Of a stretch of DNA of 64,000 nt, positions 1-9,302 are shown piece by piece (the stretch's first letter is position 1; each line of letters begins with the position of its first letter). A program made the position numbers and the translations under genes. Under the pieces are notes generated by a model. The model saw only the letters and a program-made list of their open reading frames with translations, ran no database searches and was not told the origin of the DNA. The stretch comes from Nitrospinota bacterium (GTDB lineage: Bacteria; UBA8248), in NCBI GenBank assembly GCA_029937135.1, contig JAPYQX010000001.1:5790-69789 (forward strand), given 5' to 3'.

Positions 1-917
1 TCAGCATCGATGCGGCTCTTGTTCTCAGCGGAGCCGTGTTGACCAGCTACGTCGGCGTGAACGGCCTGATTCTCAGGATGACGCTGGATCGCTGCCTGCC
101 TCAGACGCTTCTGAAGACCAACCGGCGCCATACTTTTCACCGGATTATAATCGTTTTCTTTATTCTGTCCGTTTCCGTTTTGTTGATTACGAAGGGCGAG
201 CTTAAAGCGCTCGCCGGGGTGTACACCCTTTCGTTTCTCTCCGTCATGGCGTTGTTCGCCCTCGGAAACATCTTGTTGAAAGTGAAGCGCGAGCGCCTCC
301 CCCGGCCTTCACGGGCGGGATGGACCACCGTCATCGTCGGCATCGTTGCCGTTCTTGTCGGCCTGGTCGCCAACGCGATCATGAACCCGCCGTATCTGCG
401 CGTTTTCCTGAATTATTTTATACCATCGATGCTGATCATCGCGATTATGCTCACCCGGATCACGCTCTTGAAAGGTTGCCTGTTCCTGGTGCGCATCATC
501 AGCGCGTCTCTTTATAACCTACTGGGCGGAGTCACCGATTCCATCAGGCACAAAATCGAAGAAATCAATTCCCAACAGGTGGTTTTTTTCACACGGGGGG
601 ATAACGTCTCCAACCTGAATAACGCGGTCCTTTATGTTCGAGACAACGAACATGCCAACCGGATAAAAATCGTAACTGTTGTCGCCGACAAAAAAGAAGT
701 GCCCGATAAAATCAAGGACGATCTGAAATTCCTTTCCGAAACCTACCCCGATATCGACATCGATTTCGTGATTGTCGAAGGAACTTTCAGCCCCGATCTC
801 ATCCAGGAATTGTCAATAAAGTGGAACATCCCGGCCAACTTGATGTTTATCGGGTCGCCTGGCGGCAAGCTGGTTTACAGCCAGGCCGAGCTGGGCGGAG
901 TCCGGTTGGTCATTTAA
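1..917 (+). CDS. APC-family amino acid permease, 3' part with C-terminal cytoplasmic domain (5'-partial, reading frame continues upstream of the window)
   Basis: The frame is open from position 3 (SIDAALVLSGAVLTSYVGVNG...), typical of the last TM helices of APC permeases. Further hydrophobic helices follow, then a soluble tail of about 130 aa. Stop at 915-917. Confidence 0.6.
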   Translation, partial: SIDAALVLSGAVLTSYVGVNGLILRMTLDRCLPQTLLKTNRRHTFHRIIIVFFILSVSVLLITKGELKALAGVYTLSFLSVMALFALGNILLKVKRERLPRPSRAGWTTVIVGIVAVLVGLVANAIMNPPYLRVFLNYFIPSMLIIAIMLTRITLLKGCLFLVRIISASLYNLLGGVTDSIRHKIEEINSQQVVFFTRGDNVSNLNNAVLYVRDNEHANRIKIVTVVADKKEVPDKIKDDLKFLSETYPDIDIDFVIVEGTFSPDLIQELSIKWNIPANLMFIGSPGGKLVYSQAELGGVRLVI

Positions 918-1128
918 CGAGCGAAAGTTTTCAATGCCCTTTTGGCGATGGTCCGATGATTGACCGGGTTGCGATCCTGCCGTTGCCTGAAAGCCGTAGT
1001 TAATTTCTCGCAAACCAGAATACAAGTTATAATATTCATCCAGCGGCGTTGATCGAATCAATTAACTCTTGACGAGGGAGTGTGCTGGAGGGTTCTTCTT
1101 ACGGGCCCATCCGGCTATTCATGGAAAT

Positions 1129-1839
1129 ATGGCAAAAACTTTCAAGAACGCTTCGGAGGCGGTCGCGGATATTCCCGCCGGTGCCAGAATCCTGATCGGC
1201 GGATTCGGTATTTGCGGGATGCCTCATAATTTGTGCAAGGCGCTGAGCGATCGGGTTGGCGCTGGTGACCTGGAGATTGTCAGCAACGCCGGAGGGATGA
1301 ACGGTTGGGGCGCCGGACTTTTGTTCGAGGCGAAAAAGGTAAAGAGCATTATCGCCACCAGGGTGGGTCCGGCCTGCAAGGCCTATGAAGATCAGGTTAT
1401 GAATAATGAGATCGAAATCGAATTGATCCCCCAGGGAACCTTCGCCGAAAGAATCAGGGCTGGCGGGGCCGGCATTGGCGGATTTTTCACGCCCACTGGC
1501 ACGGGCACCGTTGTCGCCGATGGAAAGGAAAGCCGCTCTATCGATGGCCGCGAGCATATCCTTGAAATGCCCATTCGGGGGGATTTCGCGCTGATAAAAG
1601 CCTGGAAAGCGGATGAGACCGGAAATCTCATCTACCGGATGAGCGCCCGGAATTTCAACCCCGCGATGGCGACGGCGGCGGAGGTGACCATCGCCGAGGT
1701 CGAGGAAATCGTCCCGGCCGGGGAGCTCGATCCGGAACGGATTCATTCGCCGGGAATTTTTGTTCAGCGTCTGGTTGTCGCAGACGAAAAGGAAAAGCCG
1801 ATTGAAATCAAAACCAACAGGCCCCGGACGGGCCGCTAG
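1129..1839 (+). CDS. scoA: 3-oxoacid CoA-transferase subunit A
   Basis: Start MAKTFKNASEAV inside ORF 1069..1839. Motifs GGFGICGMP and NEIEIELIPQGTFAERIRAGGAGI are typical of CoA-transferase family I alpha subunits. Confidence 0.85.
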   Translation: MAKTFKNASEAVADIPAGARILIGGFGICGMPHNLCKALSDRVGAGDLEIVSNAGGMNGWGAGLLFEAKKVKSIIATRVGPACKAYEDQVMNNEIEIELIPQGTFAERIRAGGAGIGGFFTPTGTGTVVADGKESRSIDGREHILEMPIRGDFALIKAWKADETGNLIYRMSARNFNPAMATAAEVTIAEVEEIVPAGELDPERIHSPGIFVQRLVVADEKEKPIEIKTNRPRTGR

Positions 1840-1851
1840 CCGAGGACACCG

Positions 1852-2514
1852 ATGGCTTTGACGAGAGATGAAATCGCGCGCCGGGCCGCCGGGGAAGTCC
1901 CTCGGGGGGGCTATGTCAATCTGGGTCTCGGTATTCCGACCATCGTGAGTAATTTCATACCCCCCGAGCATGGGATCACGATCCATTCCGAAAACGGAAT
2001 TTTGGGGGTCGGCCCGTTTCCCTTCGAGGGGGAGGAGGATGCCGATCTCGTCAACGCAAGCAAAGAAACGGTGACGCTGATGCCGGGCGCGTCGTTTTTC
2101 GACAGCGCGACTTCGTTTTCCATGGTTCGCGGCGGGCATATCGACGTAACGATTCTGGGTGCCATGCAGGTGGCGGCGAACGGGGATCTGGCCAATTGGG
2201 CGGTGCCTGGAAAGATGATCTCTGGAATGGGCGGGGCGATGGATCTGGTCGTCGGGGCCAAGAAGGTCATCATCACGATGGGACATTGCACCCGAAAGGG
2301 GGAGCCGAAAATTTTGAACGAGTGCTCTTTCCCTCTTACGGGGAAAGGGGTGGTGGATATTATCGTCACAGAGTTGGCCCTTATTTCCGTCGAGGAAAAC
2401 GGTCTCGTCTTGAAGGAGCTGGCCCCGGGCGTCAGCGAGGAGGAGGTACGATCAAAGACAGAGGCCCCGCTTACCGCCGCCCCGGACCTTCGGGAAATGT
2501 TCGCGGCGGCCTGA
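1852..2514 (+). CDS. scoB: 3-oxoacid CoA-transferase subunit B
   Basis: [11 protein letters not shown] and [10 protein letters not shown] motifs. The ORF begins 13 nt after scoA (operon partner). Confidence 0.85.
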   Translation: MALTRDEIARRAAGEVPRGGYVNLGLGIPTIVSNFIPPEHGITIHSENGILGVGPFPFEGEEDADLVNASKETVTLMPGASFFDSATSFSMVRGGHIDVTILGAMQVAANGDLANWAVPGKMISGMGGAMDLVVGAKKVIITMGHCTRKGEPKILNECSFPLTGKGVVDIIVTELALISVEENGLVLKELAPGVSEEEVRSKTEAPLTAAPDLREMFAAA

Positions 2515-2623
2515 AGCCGCGCGCCCTCCACATGAATCCCTCCGGCATGAATCCAACCGATATGAGTTCCTCCGGCATGAGTGCTTTCATCTCCCTTTGT
2601 CATGAATATTCAAAAGGTGCGCC

Positions 2624-3535
2624 GTGATCAATCTCGATGAGTACACCCATAAATACTGGGGGATCCTGAGCCACCACGCCTACCGGCTCACCGGGAGTAT
2701 TCTCGACGCCGAGGATATCACCCAGGAGACGATGCTCCGCGTCGTGGAGATGGGTCCGGCCCTTGAAAATATCGAGGATCATCACGAGTGGCTCCACATC
2801 GCCGCCACCGAAGCGGCGATGGGAATGATGTGCAAGCCTATCGAGGCCGATGCGTTCGAGCTTCCGGACCTGGTTCAGACCACCGGGGCGGGAGCGGACG
2901 CCGATTCGCGGCCGGTGGGGGGCGGGGACGGATGGCCCGGCGCGACGCTCGATTTTCTGTTTCCGCTTCAATACATGACGCCCGAGCAGCGGGCGCTGGT
3001 TGTGCTCCGGGATGGTTTCGAGGACGGGGACCGCGTTGCCGCCGCCGCGCTTCATGTCACGATTCAGGAGGTGTTCGACATCGCGCGGGAGGCGGAGAGC
3101 GTCCGCGCGGCGGCCCGCAAGCGGTGGGGCTCGACCGTGCCCTTTGTTCCGCTGGCCGCCGATAAAAAAACGGAGCGGGTGTTTGACCGATTTATCGAGG
3201 TGTTCCGGATGAAGGATGCGGTATTGCTTCAGCAGATTATCTGGAAAAACGCCGAGATGGTGCTTGAGACGGAGCGGACAAGCGGCCAGGATTTTGTGGC
3301 CAAGGAGCTCTCTTCGCTTTCAAAGGGGATGGGGAGCAGGCTCAAGTTCGATTCGGTCTGGCTCAACGGGTGCCGCGGCGTTCTGATTTCGGATCGGCGC
3401 GGGCGAAACCCGGAGTGGACTCGGATGGCGCTGGCGCTGGTTCTGTGCAACGAGCGGGAGGTCAGGGCCCTGAAGTGGTATCTGGACGCCCACATCCTGC
3501 GAAAAATCCGGGTGGATGAATCAGCTTCGGAATGA
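2624..3535 (+). CDS. ECF-type RNA polymerase sigma-70 factor with an approximately 130-aa C-terminal extension
   Basis: Region 2 (AEDITQETMLRVVE) and region 4 (MTPEQRALVVLRDGFEDGDRVAAAALHVTIQEVFDIAREAESVRAAARKRW) are recognisable, followed by an extra C-terminal domain. GTG start with an AAAGG motif upstream. Confidence 0.7.
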   Translation: MINLDEYTHKYWGILSHHAYRLTGSILDAEDITQETMLRVVEMGPALENIEDHHEWLHIAATEAAMGMMCKPIEADAFELPDLVQTTGAGADADSRPVGGGDGWPGATLDFLFPLQYMTPEQRALVVLRDGFEDGDRVAAAALHVTIQEVFDIAREAESVRAAARKRWGSTVPFVPLAADKKTERVFDRFIEVFRMKDAVLLQQIIWKNAEMVLETERTSGQDFVAKELSSLSKGMGSRLKFDSVWLNGCRGVLISDRRGRNPEWTRMALALVLCNEREVRALKWYLDAHILRKIRVDESASE

Positions 3536-3729
3536 TCCCGAAAAAGTATCCGGTTTCGAGTCTGAATCAGAATCCGCTTCCGAATGATCACGAATCCGAA
3601 ACCGAATTCAATTTCGGCCCCGGCCCGGGGGAGTGAGTTGCCTCGCGGACGAAAATCATCTCGCTGCCGGGAATTCCCCGGCGGCCCGGAAATTCTTCGG
3701 GAAATTCGCGTTAAAAGGTTAGTCCTGCT

Positions 3730-3996
3730 TTAAAGAACCTCTCTGCGCTTCACACGCTCCTCGCACGGAATAATATCGGTGTTGCCCAGCCAGAGGTCCC
3801 AGGCGCTGTGATGGGCGATGTCCACTCCCTCGGCCTGGGCTTTTTCCTGGAGGGCGCACTGGAGGTCGTCGAGGAGTTCGCAATCCATGAGATCAAGATT
3901 TTCCCGCAGGTGGCGGTGAAGTGTCCTGTAGACCAGCTTCGCATCCTCAAAAGAGGCTTCGAGCAGAACCGAGTCGGTTTTTGGCGTGAAAGGCAT
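3730..3996 (-). CDS. hypothetical small protein (88 aa)
   Basis: Internal ATG (MPFTPKTDSV...) of ORF 3730..4056 with a weak AAGGA RBS. No recognisable domain. Convergent with the sigma factor gene. Confidence 0.35.
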   Translation of the reverse strand: MPFTPKTDSVLLEASFEDAKLVYRTLHRHLRENLDLMDCELLDDLQCALQEKAQAEGVDIAHHSAWDLWLGNTDIIPCEERVKRREVL

Positions 3997-4194
3997 CGGC
4001 GTAATTCCTTTCGTTAATGAGATATTATGGTCTGATAAGCATCGATAAAAGCGCACCTAATCGAAGCGCGCGCAGTCTAACCGATTGGCGCGGAGGAGAA
4101 AATCGTTATTTGGCCCGAGGGAAAAATATTATTTGTTGCTTGGGAGAAAATTGATGCCTGGTGCGAAAGAAAAATTCGTTACTTATCGGATGCC

Positions 4195-4247
4195 CAAAAA
4201 AGGAAGGGCCGAGGGCCCAAGAAATTGCAGGGGGATGGGCCCTCGGC
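4195..4247 (-). terminator. Rho-independent terminator downstream of mreB
   Basis: An 11-bp perfect stem (4208-4218 GCCGAGGGCCC pairs with 4237-4247 GGGCCCTCGGC) and an 18-nt loop. A T-run follows on the minus strand (genomic A-run 4195-4204). Confidence 0.6.
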
Positions 4248-4270
4248 TTTGGGGGGGGTCTTAATTTCTT

Positions 4271-5302
4271 TTAATTCAAGCAGACCTTCTTGAGGTCCGC
4301 TAAATTATCGAGTACATATCCCGTCCCCCGGACGATAGCGGTCAGGGGATCCTTGGCACGGAAGATGGGCAGATCGGTTTCGGTGTGAAGCCTCGAGCCA
4401 AGGCCCTTGAGCAGCGATCCGCCGCCGGCCAGTACGATTCCCCGCCGCCGGATGTCGGCGGCGAGTTCGGGGCTCGACTTCGAGAGCGCGTTGCGAATCG
4501 ACTCGACGATTGCCCGGACGGGGCTTTCCAGCGCCTCGCGGATCATGGTGTCGGTCATCAGGATGGAGCGGGGAATGCCGGTCTTCACGTTTATCCCCGC
4601 GACTTCTCCCTCGAGTGGTTCGGCAAGAGGCGCCGCCGAGCCGATTTCAATCTTGATCCGCTCGGCCTCGAATGATCCGATAGAGAGGCCGTGCTCGCGG
4701 CGCACGTAGCGCTGAATGCAGGTGTCCATCTCATCGCCCGCCACGCGAAGCGACTCCGAGTAGGCGATAGCGAACTGGGAGATGACCGCCACTTCGGTGG
4801 TTCCGCCCCCGATGTCGATGATCATGGAGGCGGTAGTGTCCTGAATCGGGAGCTTCGATCCGATGGCCGCCGCCATCGGTTCCTCGATGAGGTGAACTTT
4901 TCCGGCGCCGCACTGCATCGAGGAGTCGATCACCGCCTTCATCTCGACACTGGTGATGCCCGAAGGAACGCAGACCATCATTGTCGGCTGGCCGATCCGC
5001 CTTTTGGAAATGACCGAACCGATAAAATACTGGATCATCGCCTTGGTTACATCGAAGTCGGCGATAACGCCGTCCTTCATGGGGCGGACGGTCTTGATCC
5101 TGTCGGGGGTCCGGCCGTACATCTCCTTGGCGCGTTTTCCGACGGCGACGACGCCGCCGCCGTTGTCCGAGTTGAGCGCGACGACGGAGGGCTCGTCGAG
5201 AACGACACCCTTTTCCTTGGTGTATATCAGCGTGTTCGCTGTTCCGAGATCCATGGCAATTTTCGCGCCAAAATACGATCTGAAGCGATTAAATGAGAGC
5301 AT
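4271..5302 (-). CDS. mreB: rod shape-determining protein MreB
   Basis: 343 aa. DLGTANTLIY, ATP-binding and actin-fold motifs are present throughout, and the length is canonical. Confidence 0.95.
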   Translation of the reverse strand: MLSFNRFRSYFGAKIAMDLGTANTLIYTKEKGVVLDEPSVVALNSDNGGGVVAVGKRAKEMYGRTPDRIKTVRPMKDGVIADFDVTKAMIQYFIGSVISKRRIGQPTMMVCVPSGITSVEMKAVIDSSMQCGAGKVHLIEEPMAAAIGSKLPIQDTTASMIIDIGGGTTEVAVISQFAIAYSESLRVAGDEMDTCIQRYVRREHGLSIGSFEAERIKIEIGSAAPLAEPLEGEVAGINVKTGIPRSILMTDTMIREALESPVRAIVESIRNALSKSSPELAADIRRRGIVLAGGGSLLKGLGSRLHTETDLPIFRAKDPLTAIVRGTGYVLDNLADLKKVCLN

Positions 5303-6752
5303 TGGATGTCATCCCCCCTGTAAGACACATCTGATTGATTCCCGAGAATTTGGCTGACTTGAGGGCCTTCGAGGAGGCCAGGAACAGACCGTCCGCGTCG
5401 CCGGCGATTTCCGGGAAACACGAGGCGCCCACGCAGGCGCTGAGCATAATCTCCCTTTGTCCGATTTGAAGGGGGTTTTCGTTGATTGCCATCAGGATGT
5501 GCTCGGCCACCGCCTCCGCGTGCTCGATAGAGGTTCCCTGAAGGAGCAGGAAAAACCGCGGGCCCTCGTAGCGGACCAGAATATCCCCGTCCCTTGCGAA
5601 GGGCTCCAGCAGATCGAAGAGGTGCCGGGTCAGCTCCTCGGGGCCGGACGGCCCGTATTCGTTCCGGATGGAAATTACATTGTCGGGCTCAATGTCCAGC
5701 AAGGCGACGCGCCGCCCGCGCGGGCCGGCGTCCCGGAGAATTTCATCCATGCGGGTCCGGAGAAATTCGAGGTTCCTCCCACCGGTGGCGGGGTCGTATT
5801 CCGCCCGCTGCCGCCATTTTTTCTCTCGTCTCACGCGCGCTATGGCGTCCGCCGCGGGCACGGCAATCACCTCAGCGCGCTTGAGCGCATAGGAGTCGAA
5901 CTGGCCCCGCTGGCGATTGATGAACCCGAGAACGCCAATCGACTTGCCGTCGATGACCAACGGAACAGCCGCCACCGAGCGCGCGCCGAAATCCGGCTCG
6001 CCTTTCTGGAACAGGGGCCTTCTCTTCAGGTCGGGAAGCCTTAGAGGCTCGTTTTTCGTAAGGACGTAGCCCGATACGCTGGAGCGGTCGCTTATCTCGA
6101 TTTTATCCATGAAAAGTTCACCGAACCCGGAGGTGCTGACAAGATGCGAAACGCCTGCTTCCTCGTCTTTTAAAACGAGGAAGCAGGCGGTAAAGGGGAC
6201 CAATTCGCGTGGTACAAGGCAGATCGCGTTTAGCAGTTGATCCTCGCTATCGCAAGAGTGCAGCGAAGCGAGGTAGATGCCGAACGAATCGATGTTGACG
6301 CTCCGGCGTTCAACTTTCGCCGCCATTAGAGCGCCGTCCACCAGGTAAGCGAATTGCTGGGCGAACCCTGCTAGAATTTTTTGGCTTTTATTGGTGAAGG
6401 ACCACCGGTTTTTACCGTCAACGGCGAGGACCCCTGTTGTCATTGTCGAGGGAAGGGGGGTCGCCATGAAGGTCTTGATGTCTTCGTCGCGGCCGTAGTA
6501 GCCGAGAACGATTGTGTCCTTGTTGAATTGGTTGAGACATAGCGGTTCGTTGTTCTTAAGCACCCAGCCCATGAAACCCTGGCCGTATTTGATCGAAGCA
6601 TTGGGAATGATGTGAGGGCTCAGGCTGTGAAAAGTGGTGAGCTGGAATTCTTTCCGGCGTTTATTTTCGAGAAACAGGCAGGCCGAATACGCTTCGGTCA
6701 CATTACTGACCAGGGTCACGAGAGAAAACAGGTCTCTTTCCAGGTTGGTCAT
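5289..6752 (-). CDS. GAF-GAF-GGDEF domain protein with a degenerate diguanylate cyclase active site
   Basis: 487 aa. Two GAF-like regions precede a GGDEF-fold domain (YDPATGGRN...LLDIEPDNV...). The catalytic GGDEF motif reads YEGPRF. The 3' end overlaps the mreB start by 14 nt. Confidence 0.85.
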   Translation of the reverse strand: MTNLERDLFSLVTLVSNVTEAYSACLFLENKRRKEFQLTTFHSLSPHIIPNASIKYGQGFMGWVLKNNEPLCLNQFNKDTIVLGYYGRDEDIKTFMATPLPSTMTTGVLAVDGKNRWSFTNKSQKILAGFAQQFAYLVDGALMAAKVERRSVNIDSFGIYLASLHSCDSEDQLLNAICLVPRELVPFTACFLVLKDEEAGVSHLVSTSGFGELFMDKIEISDRSSVSGYVLTKNEPLRLPDLKRRPLFQKGEPDFGARSVAAVPLVIDGKSIGVLGFINRQRGQFDSYALKRAEVIAVPAADAIARVRREKKWRQRAEYDPATGGRNLEFLRTRMDEILRDAGPRGRRVALLDIEPDNVISIRNEYGPSGPEELTRHLFDLLEPFARDGDILVRYEGPRFFLLLQGTSIEHAEAVAEHILMAINENPLQIGQREIMLSACVGASCFPEIAGDADGLFLASSKALKSAKFSGINQMCLTGGMTSNALI

Positions 6753-6849
6753 GAAAAACTCTGCTTCTGGGCGAATCTGGGAACACCATGGATATTATAT
6801 AGAAGGAGGCGTTATCTCAAGTAAAATTTTAAGTGAGCACCGTAAGTTA

Positions 6850-6865
6850 TTGATATTTATATCAA
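6850..6865. promoter_or_regulatory. 7-2-7 palindrome TTGATATTTATATCAA inside an AT-rich promoter region (6780-6960) upstream of the GAF-GGDEF gene
   Basis: Perfect inverted repeat TTGATAT/ATATCAA in a roughly 180-bp stretch far below genome GC, immediately upstream of the minus-strand gene starting at 6752. Confidence 0.4.
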
Positions 6866-7057
6866 TATTCGTATATTTTTTTTCGAGCGGCAAAATATCC
6901 TAACGTGGTTTATGTAAGAAAACTTGTATATTATTGTTTTATAATGAATTATGGTTAGTAAAACTGGACGGTATGAAAATCGATATATGGGGAGGTCATC
7001 AGGAAATTGGACTATATGTGGGGTTTGGGAAATATCCGCGGCTGGGCGAAGGAATGA

Positions 7058-7627
7058 TCACGCGCCGGGGGGTTGCCCGCCAATCCAGGAACGCCAGTCG
7101 CGGAAAGCGGCGCGCGTTGTATCGAAGGCCAGATCATCAAAAGGGATTTCATCGGGTGGGACAAGGCGAAGGTCCGTGCTCTCGGCAAGGGCGCGGGGCT
7201 CTCCTCCGATGACTTCACCCGCGTAAACGATCAAGACCGTTGGATTCCCCGGGAAAGAGTAAACGCCCATGAGAAGCCCCACTTTCACATCGACGCCGGC
7301 CTCCTCTTTCGCTTCGCGGGCGGCCGCTTCGCTGACTACTTCGCCGCGATTAACAAAGCCACCGGGGAAAGTCCAAAGACCCTTGCCCGGATTGTGCGCT
7401 CTCTGGACGATGATGGCTTTTCCATCGATGGACGGTATGACACCGGCCGCGACTTTTGGATCAAGAAAATGAACGTGATTGCACTCCGGGTTTTTGCAGC
7501 AAAGCTGCATCGTGCCATCGCCTTCCTTCCAGGTCCGATAGACGAGTTCGGAACCGCAGGAAACGCAGAAGCGGATGTTCCCCCCAAGATGGGGATGGGC
7601 CGCGGGAGGAGGAGATATTTCAATCAT
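7058..7627 (-). CDS. NUDIX hydrolase with N-terminal zinc ribbon (NudC-like architecture)
   Basis: CVSCGSEL...CCKNPEC forms a Cys4 ribbon. The NUDIX box GFVNRGEVVSEAAAREAKEEAG is present. Confidence 0.8.
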   Translation of the reverse strand: MIEISPPPAAHPHLGGNIRFCVSCGSELVYRTWKEGDGTMQLCCKNPECNHVHFLDPKVAAGVIPSIDGKAIIVQRAHNPGKGLWTFPGGFVNRGEVVSEAAAREAKEEAGVDVKVGLLMGVYSFPGNPTVLIVYAGEVIGGEPRALAESTDLRLVPPDEIPFDDLAFDTTRAAFRDWRSWIGGQPPGA

Positions 7628-8283
7628 AGAAGATTTTCAGCGCCTTCCTGGCAAAACGGGTTTGTATCCTTCTCGCGGCCGATTGTGGTCTCGGGCCCGT
7701 GGCCGGGATAAACCACAGTGTCGGCGGGTAGGGAAAGCAATTGTGTACGGATAGAGTCAAGAAGGGTTTTGGCGTTTCCCATGTATAAATCAGTCCGCCC
7801 GATCGAGCCGGCGAAAAGCGCATCGCCAACGATGGCATGACCGGAACCGTTTCCATCGCCCGGCCAGTACAGGGTGATGTTTCCGGGAGCGTGTCCGTCG
7901 GTCAACCTGATCTCGAATATGATTTGACCGACGGTCAGAGTCTCACCGGGAGTGAGAAACCCGTCCACCTCGGGGACCTCGGGTTCCGGAAATCCGTACC
8001 CCCGCGCGGTGGCGGGCATATTCTGGAGGTTGTGAAGCTCCGCTTCGTGAAGAAAATAGGGAAGGCCGAGTTTTTCCTTTGTCTCGGCGACGCCTTCGGC
8101 ATGGTCGAGGTGGGCATGGGTGCCGACAAGGCGGGTCAGGCGGATATCTTTTTCGCGGGCCGCCTCGATTACGCGGTCCACCTCCGCGCCGGGATCGATA
8201 TAGATACCCTCTCCGGTTTTCTCGCAGCCTACGATATAGCTGTTCATCTGAAACTGACCGACGGCCAAGCGTTCAATAATCAT
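7624..8283 (-). CDS. MBL-fold metallo-hydrolase (glyoxalase II-like)
   Basis: THAHLDHAEG motif and downstream His/Asp ligands. It overlaps the NUDIX gene by 4 nt. Confidence 0.85.
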   Translation of the reverse strand: MIIERLAVGQFQMNSYIVGCEKTGEGIYIDPGAEVDRVIEAAREKDIRLTRLVGTHAHLDHAEGVAETKEKLGLPYFLHEAELHNLQNMPATARGYGFPEPEVPEVDGFLTPGETLTVGQIIFEIRLTDGHAPGNITLYWPGDGNGSGHAIVGDALFAGSIGRTDLYMGNAKTLLDSIRTQLLSLPADTVVYPGHGPETTIGREKDTNPFCQEGAENLL

Positions 8284-8396
8284 AGAATATTTCCATTGCC
8301 GAAAAGTGAAGGATTAGCCCAAAGGGAGTGAGGTGAATATCCCGCGAGGCGTCTCAAGGCGCGATAAAATACGCGAAGCCGTCAGGGTAAATCAGG

Positions 8397-9302
8397 TCAG
8401 GACGACGGCGGGAAAAGAACGATGTCGATGCGCCGGTTCTTTTTCTTTCCCCCCTTGGTCGAGTTGTTCGCGATGGGGCGGAATTCCCCCATGGCCGCCG
8501 CCGAAATCCGTTTCGGGTTGATGTTCCCGACTTCAACGAGGAAGCGCAGGATACGTGTCGCCCTGGAAGACGACAGCTCCCAGTTGGACTCCCACCGTTC
8601 GATGAGCCTGTCGCTGATGGGGATGTTGTCGGTATGGCCCTGAACCTGGATCTCACGGTTGAGATAGCGCTGAAAAATCCGTGAGATTTTTTTGAGATGT
8701 TTTTTTCCGCTGGGACGGATCCTGGCGCTCCCCGAGGAGAACAGAATAGCGCTGGAGAGGGTGATAACGACATTCTCACCCCGGCGGGAAATGGTTACGA
8801 TTCCCGACGGTGATTCCTTTGAAAATTGCGCGGCGAGGTCTTTTTTTAGCTGCTCTTGGAGCCGAAGACGGTCCTCGAAGCGGTCCAGCTTTTGGCGTAG
8901 ACCGGCGAGGGATTTTTCGAAGGTCTGCTCCCGGCCCCGGCTTTTTTCGAGAGCGCTTTTGAGTACGGAGCTTTCTTTTTGAGCCGCCTTGCCTTCCTGG
9001 TTTTGAAAGGAAAGGCGGGTCCGCGTATCGGCCAATCGTGATTCGAGTTTTTGCCCGTGGCGCCGGGACATGGTGAGCGACTGGGCGAGCTCCTCGTTTT
9101 CCAGCCGGCTGTCCCCGATCTGTTTTTTAATATCGTCGATTGTTCTGCGGAGCGAGGCGATCCGGGTCCGGGAAATGTCCAAATCCTTTCGAAGGCCAGA
9201 GGCCTCGGAAACTTTCTTTTCGTAGTCATCGACCCCAACGCACCCGGAAAGGGCCAGCATGGAAGTAAGGGCCAGGGTTTTGACCTTATTTGGTGTTATC
9301 AC
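8397..9302 (-). CDS. OmpA/MotB-family lipoprotein with a coiled-coil region
   Basis: GTG start 8 nt after a GGAGG motif gives a lipobox (MITPNKVKTLALTSMLALSGC). A long coiled-coil follows. The C-terminal OmpA-like domain contains NRRIDIVLF. The start overlaps the fbp stop (TAGTG). Confidence 0.8.
   Translation of the reverse strand: MITPNKVKTLALTSMLALSGCVGVDDYEKKVSEASGLRKDLDISRTRIASLRRTIDDIKKQIGDSRLENEELAQSLTMSRRHGQKLESRLADTRTRLSFQNQEGKAAQKESSVLKSALEKSRGREQTFEKSLAGLRQKLDRFEDRLRLQEQLKKDLAAQFSKESPSGIVTISRRGENVVITLSSAILFSSGSARIRPSGKKHLKKISRIFQRYLNREIQVQGHTDNIPISDRLIERWESNWELSSSRATRILRFLVEVGNINPKRISAAAMGEFRPIANNSTKGGKKKNRRIDIVLFPPSS

Noticed and set aside
1049-1061. Canonical FNR box
   Set aside because: The spacer is 3 nt, not 4, so the site does not fit the FNR consensus TTGAT-N4-ATCAA. 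It is kept only as a generic palindrome.
1099-2286. Long antisense ORFs, for example 1099..2286(-), 20600..21235(-), 21826..22641(-), 30516..31265(-), 52235..53488(-)
   Set aside because: Typical of high-GC DNA. All lie antisense to genes with strong domain evidence (scoAB, the acidic TPR protein, the M20 amidohydrolase, AOR) and are Arg/Pro/Gly-rich low-complexity translations.
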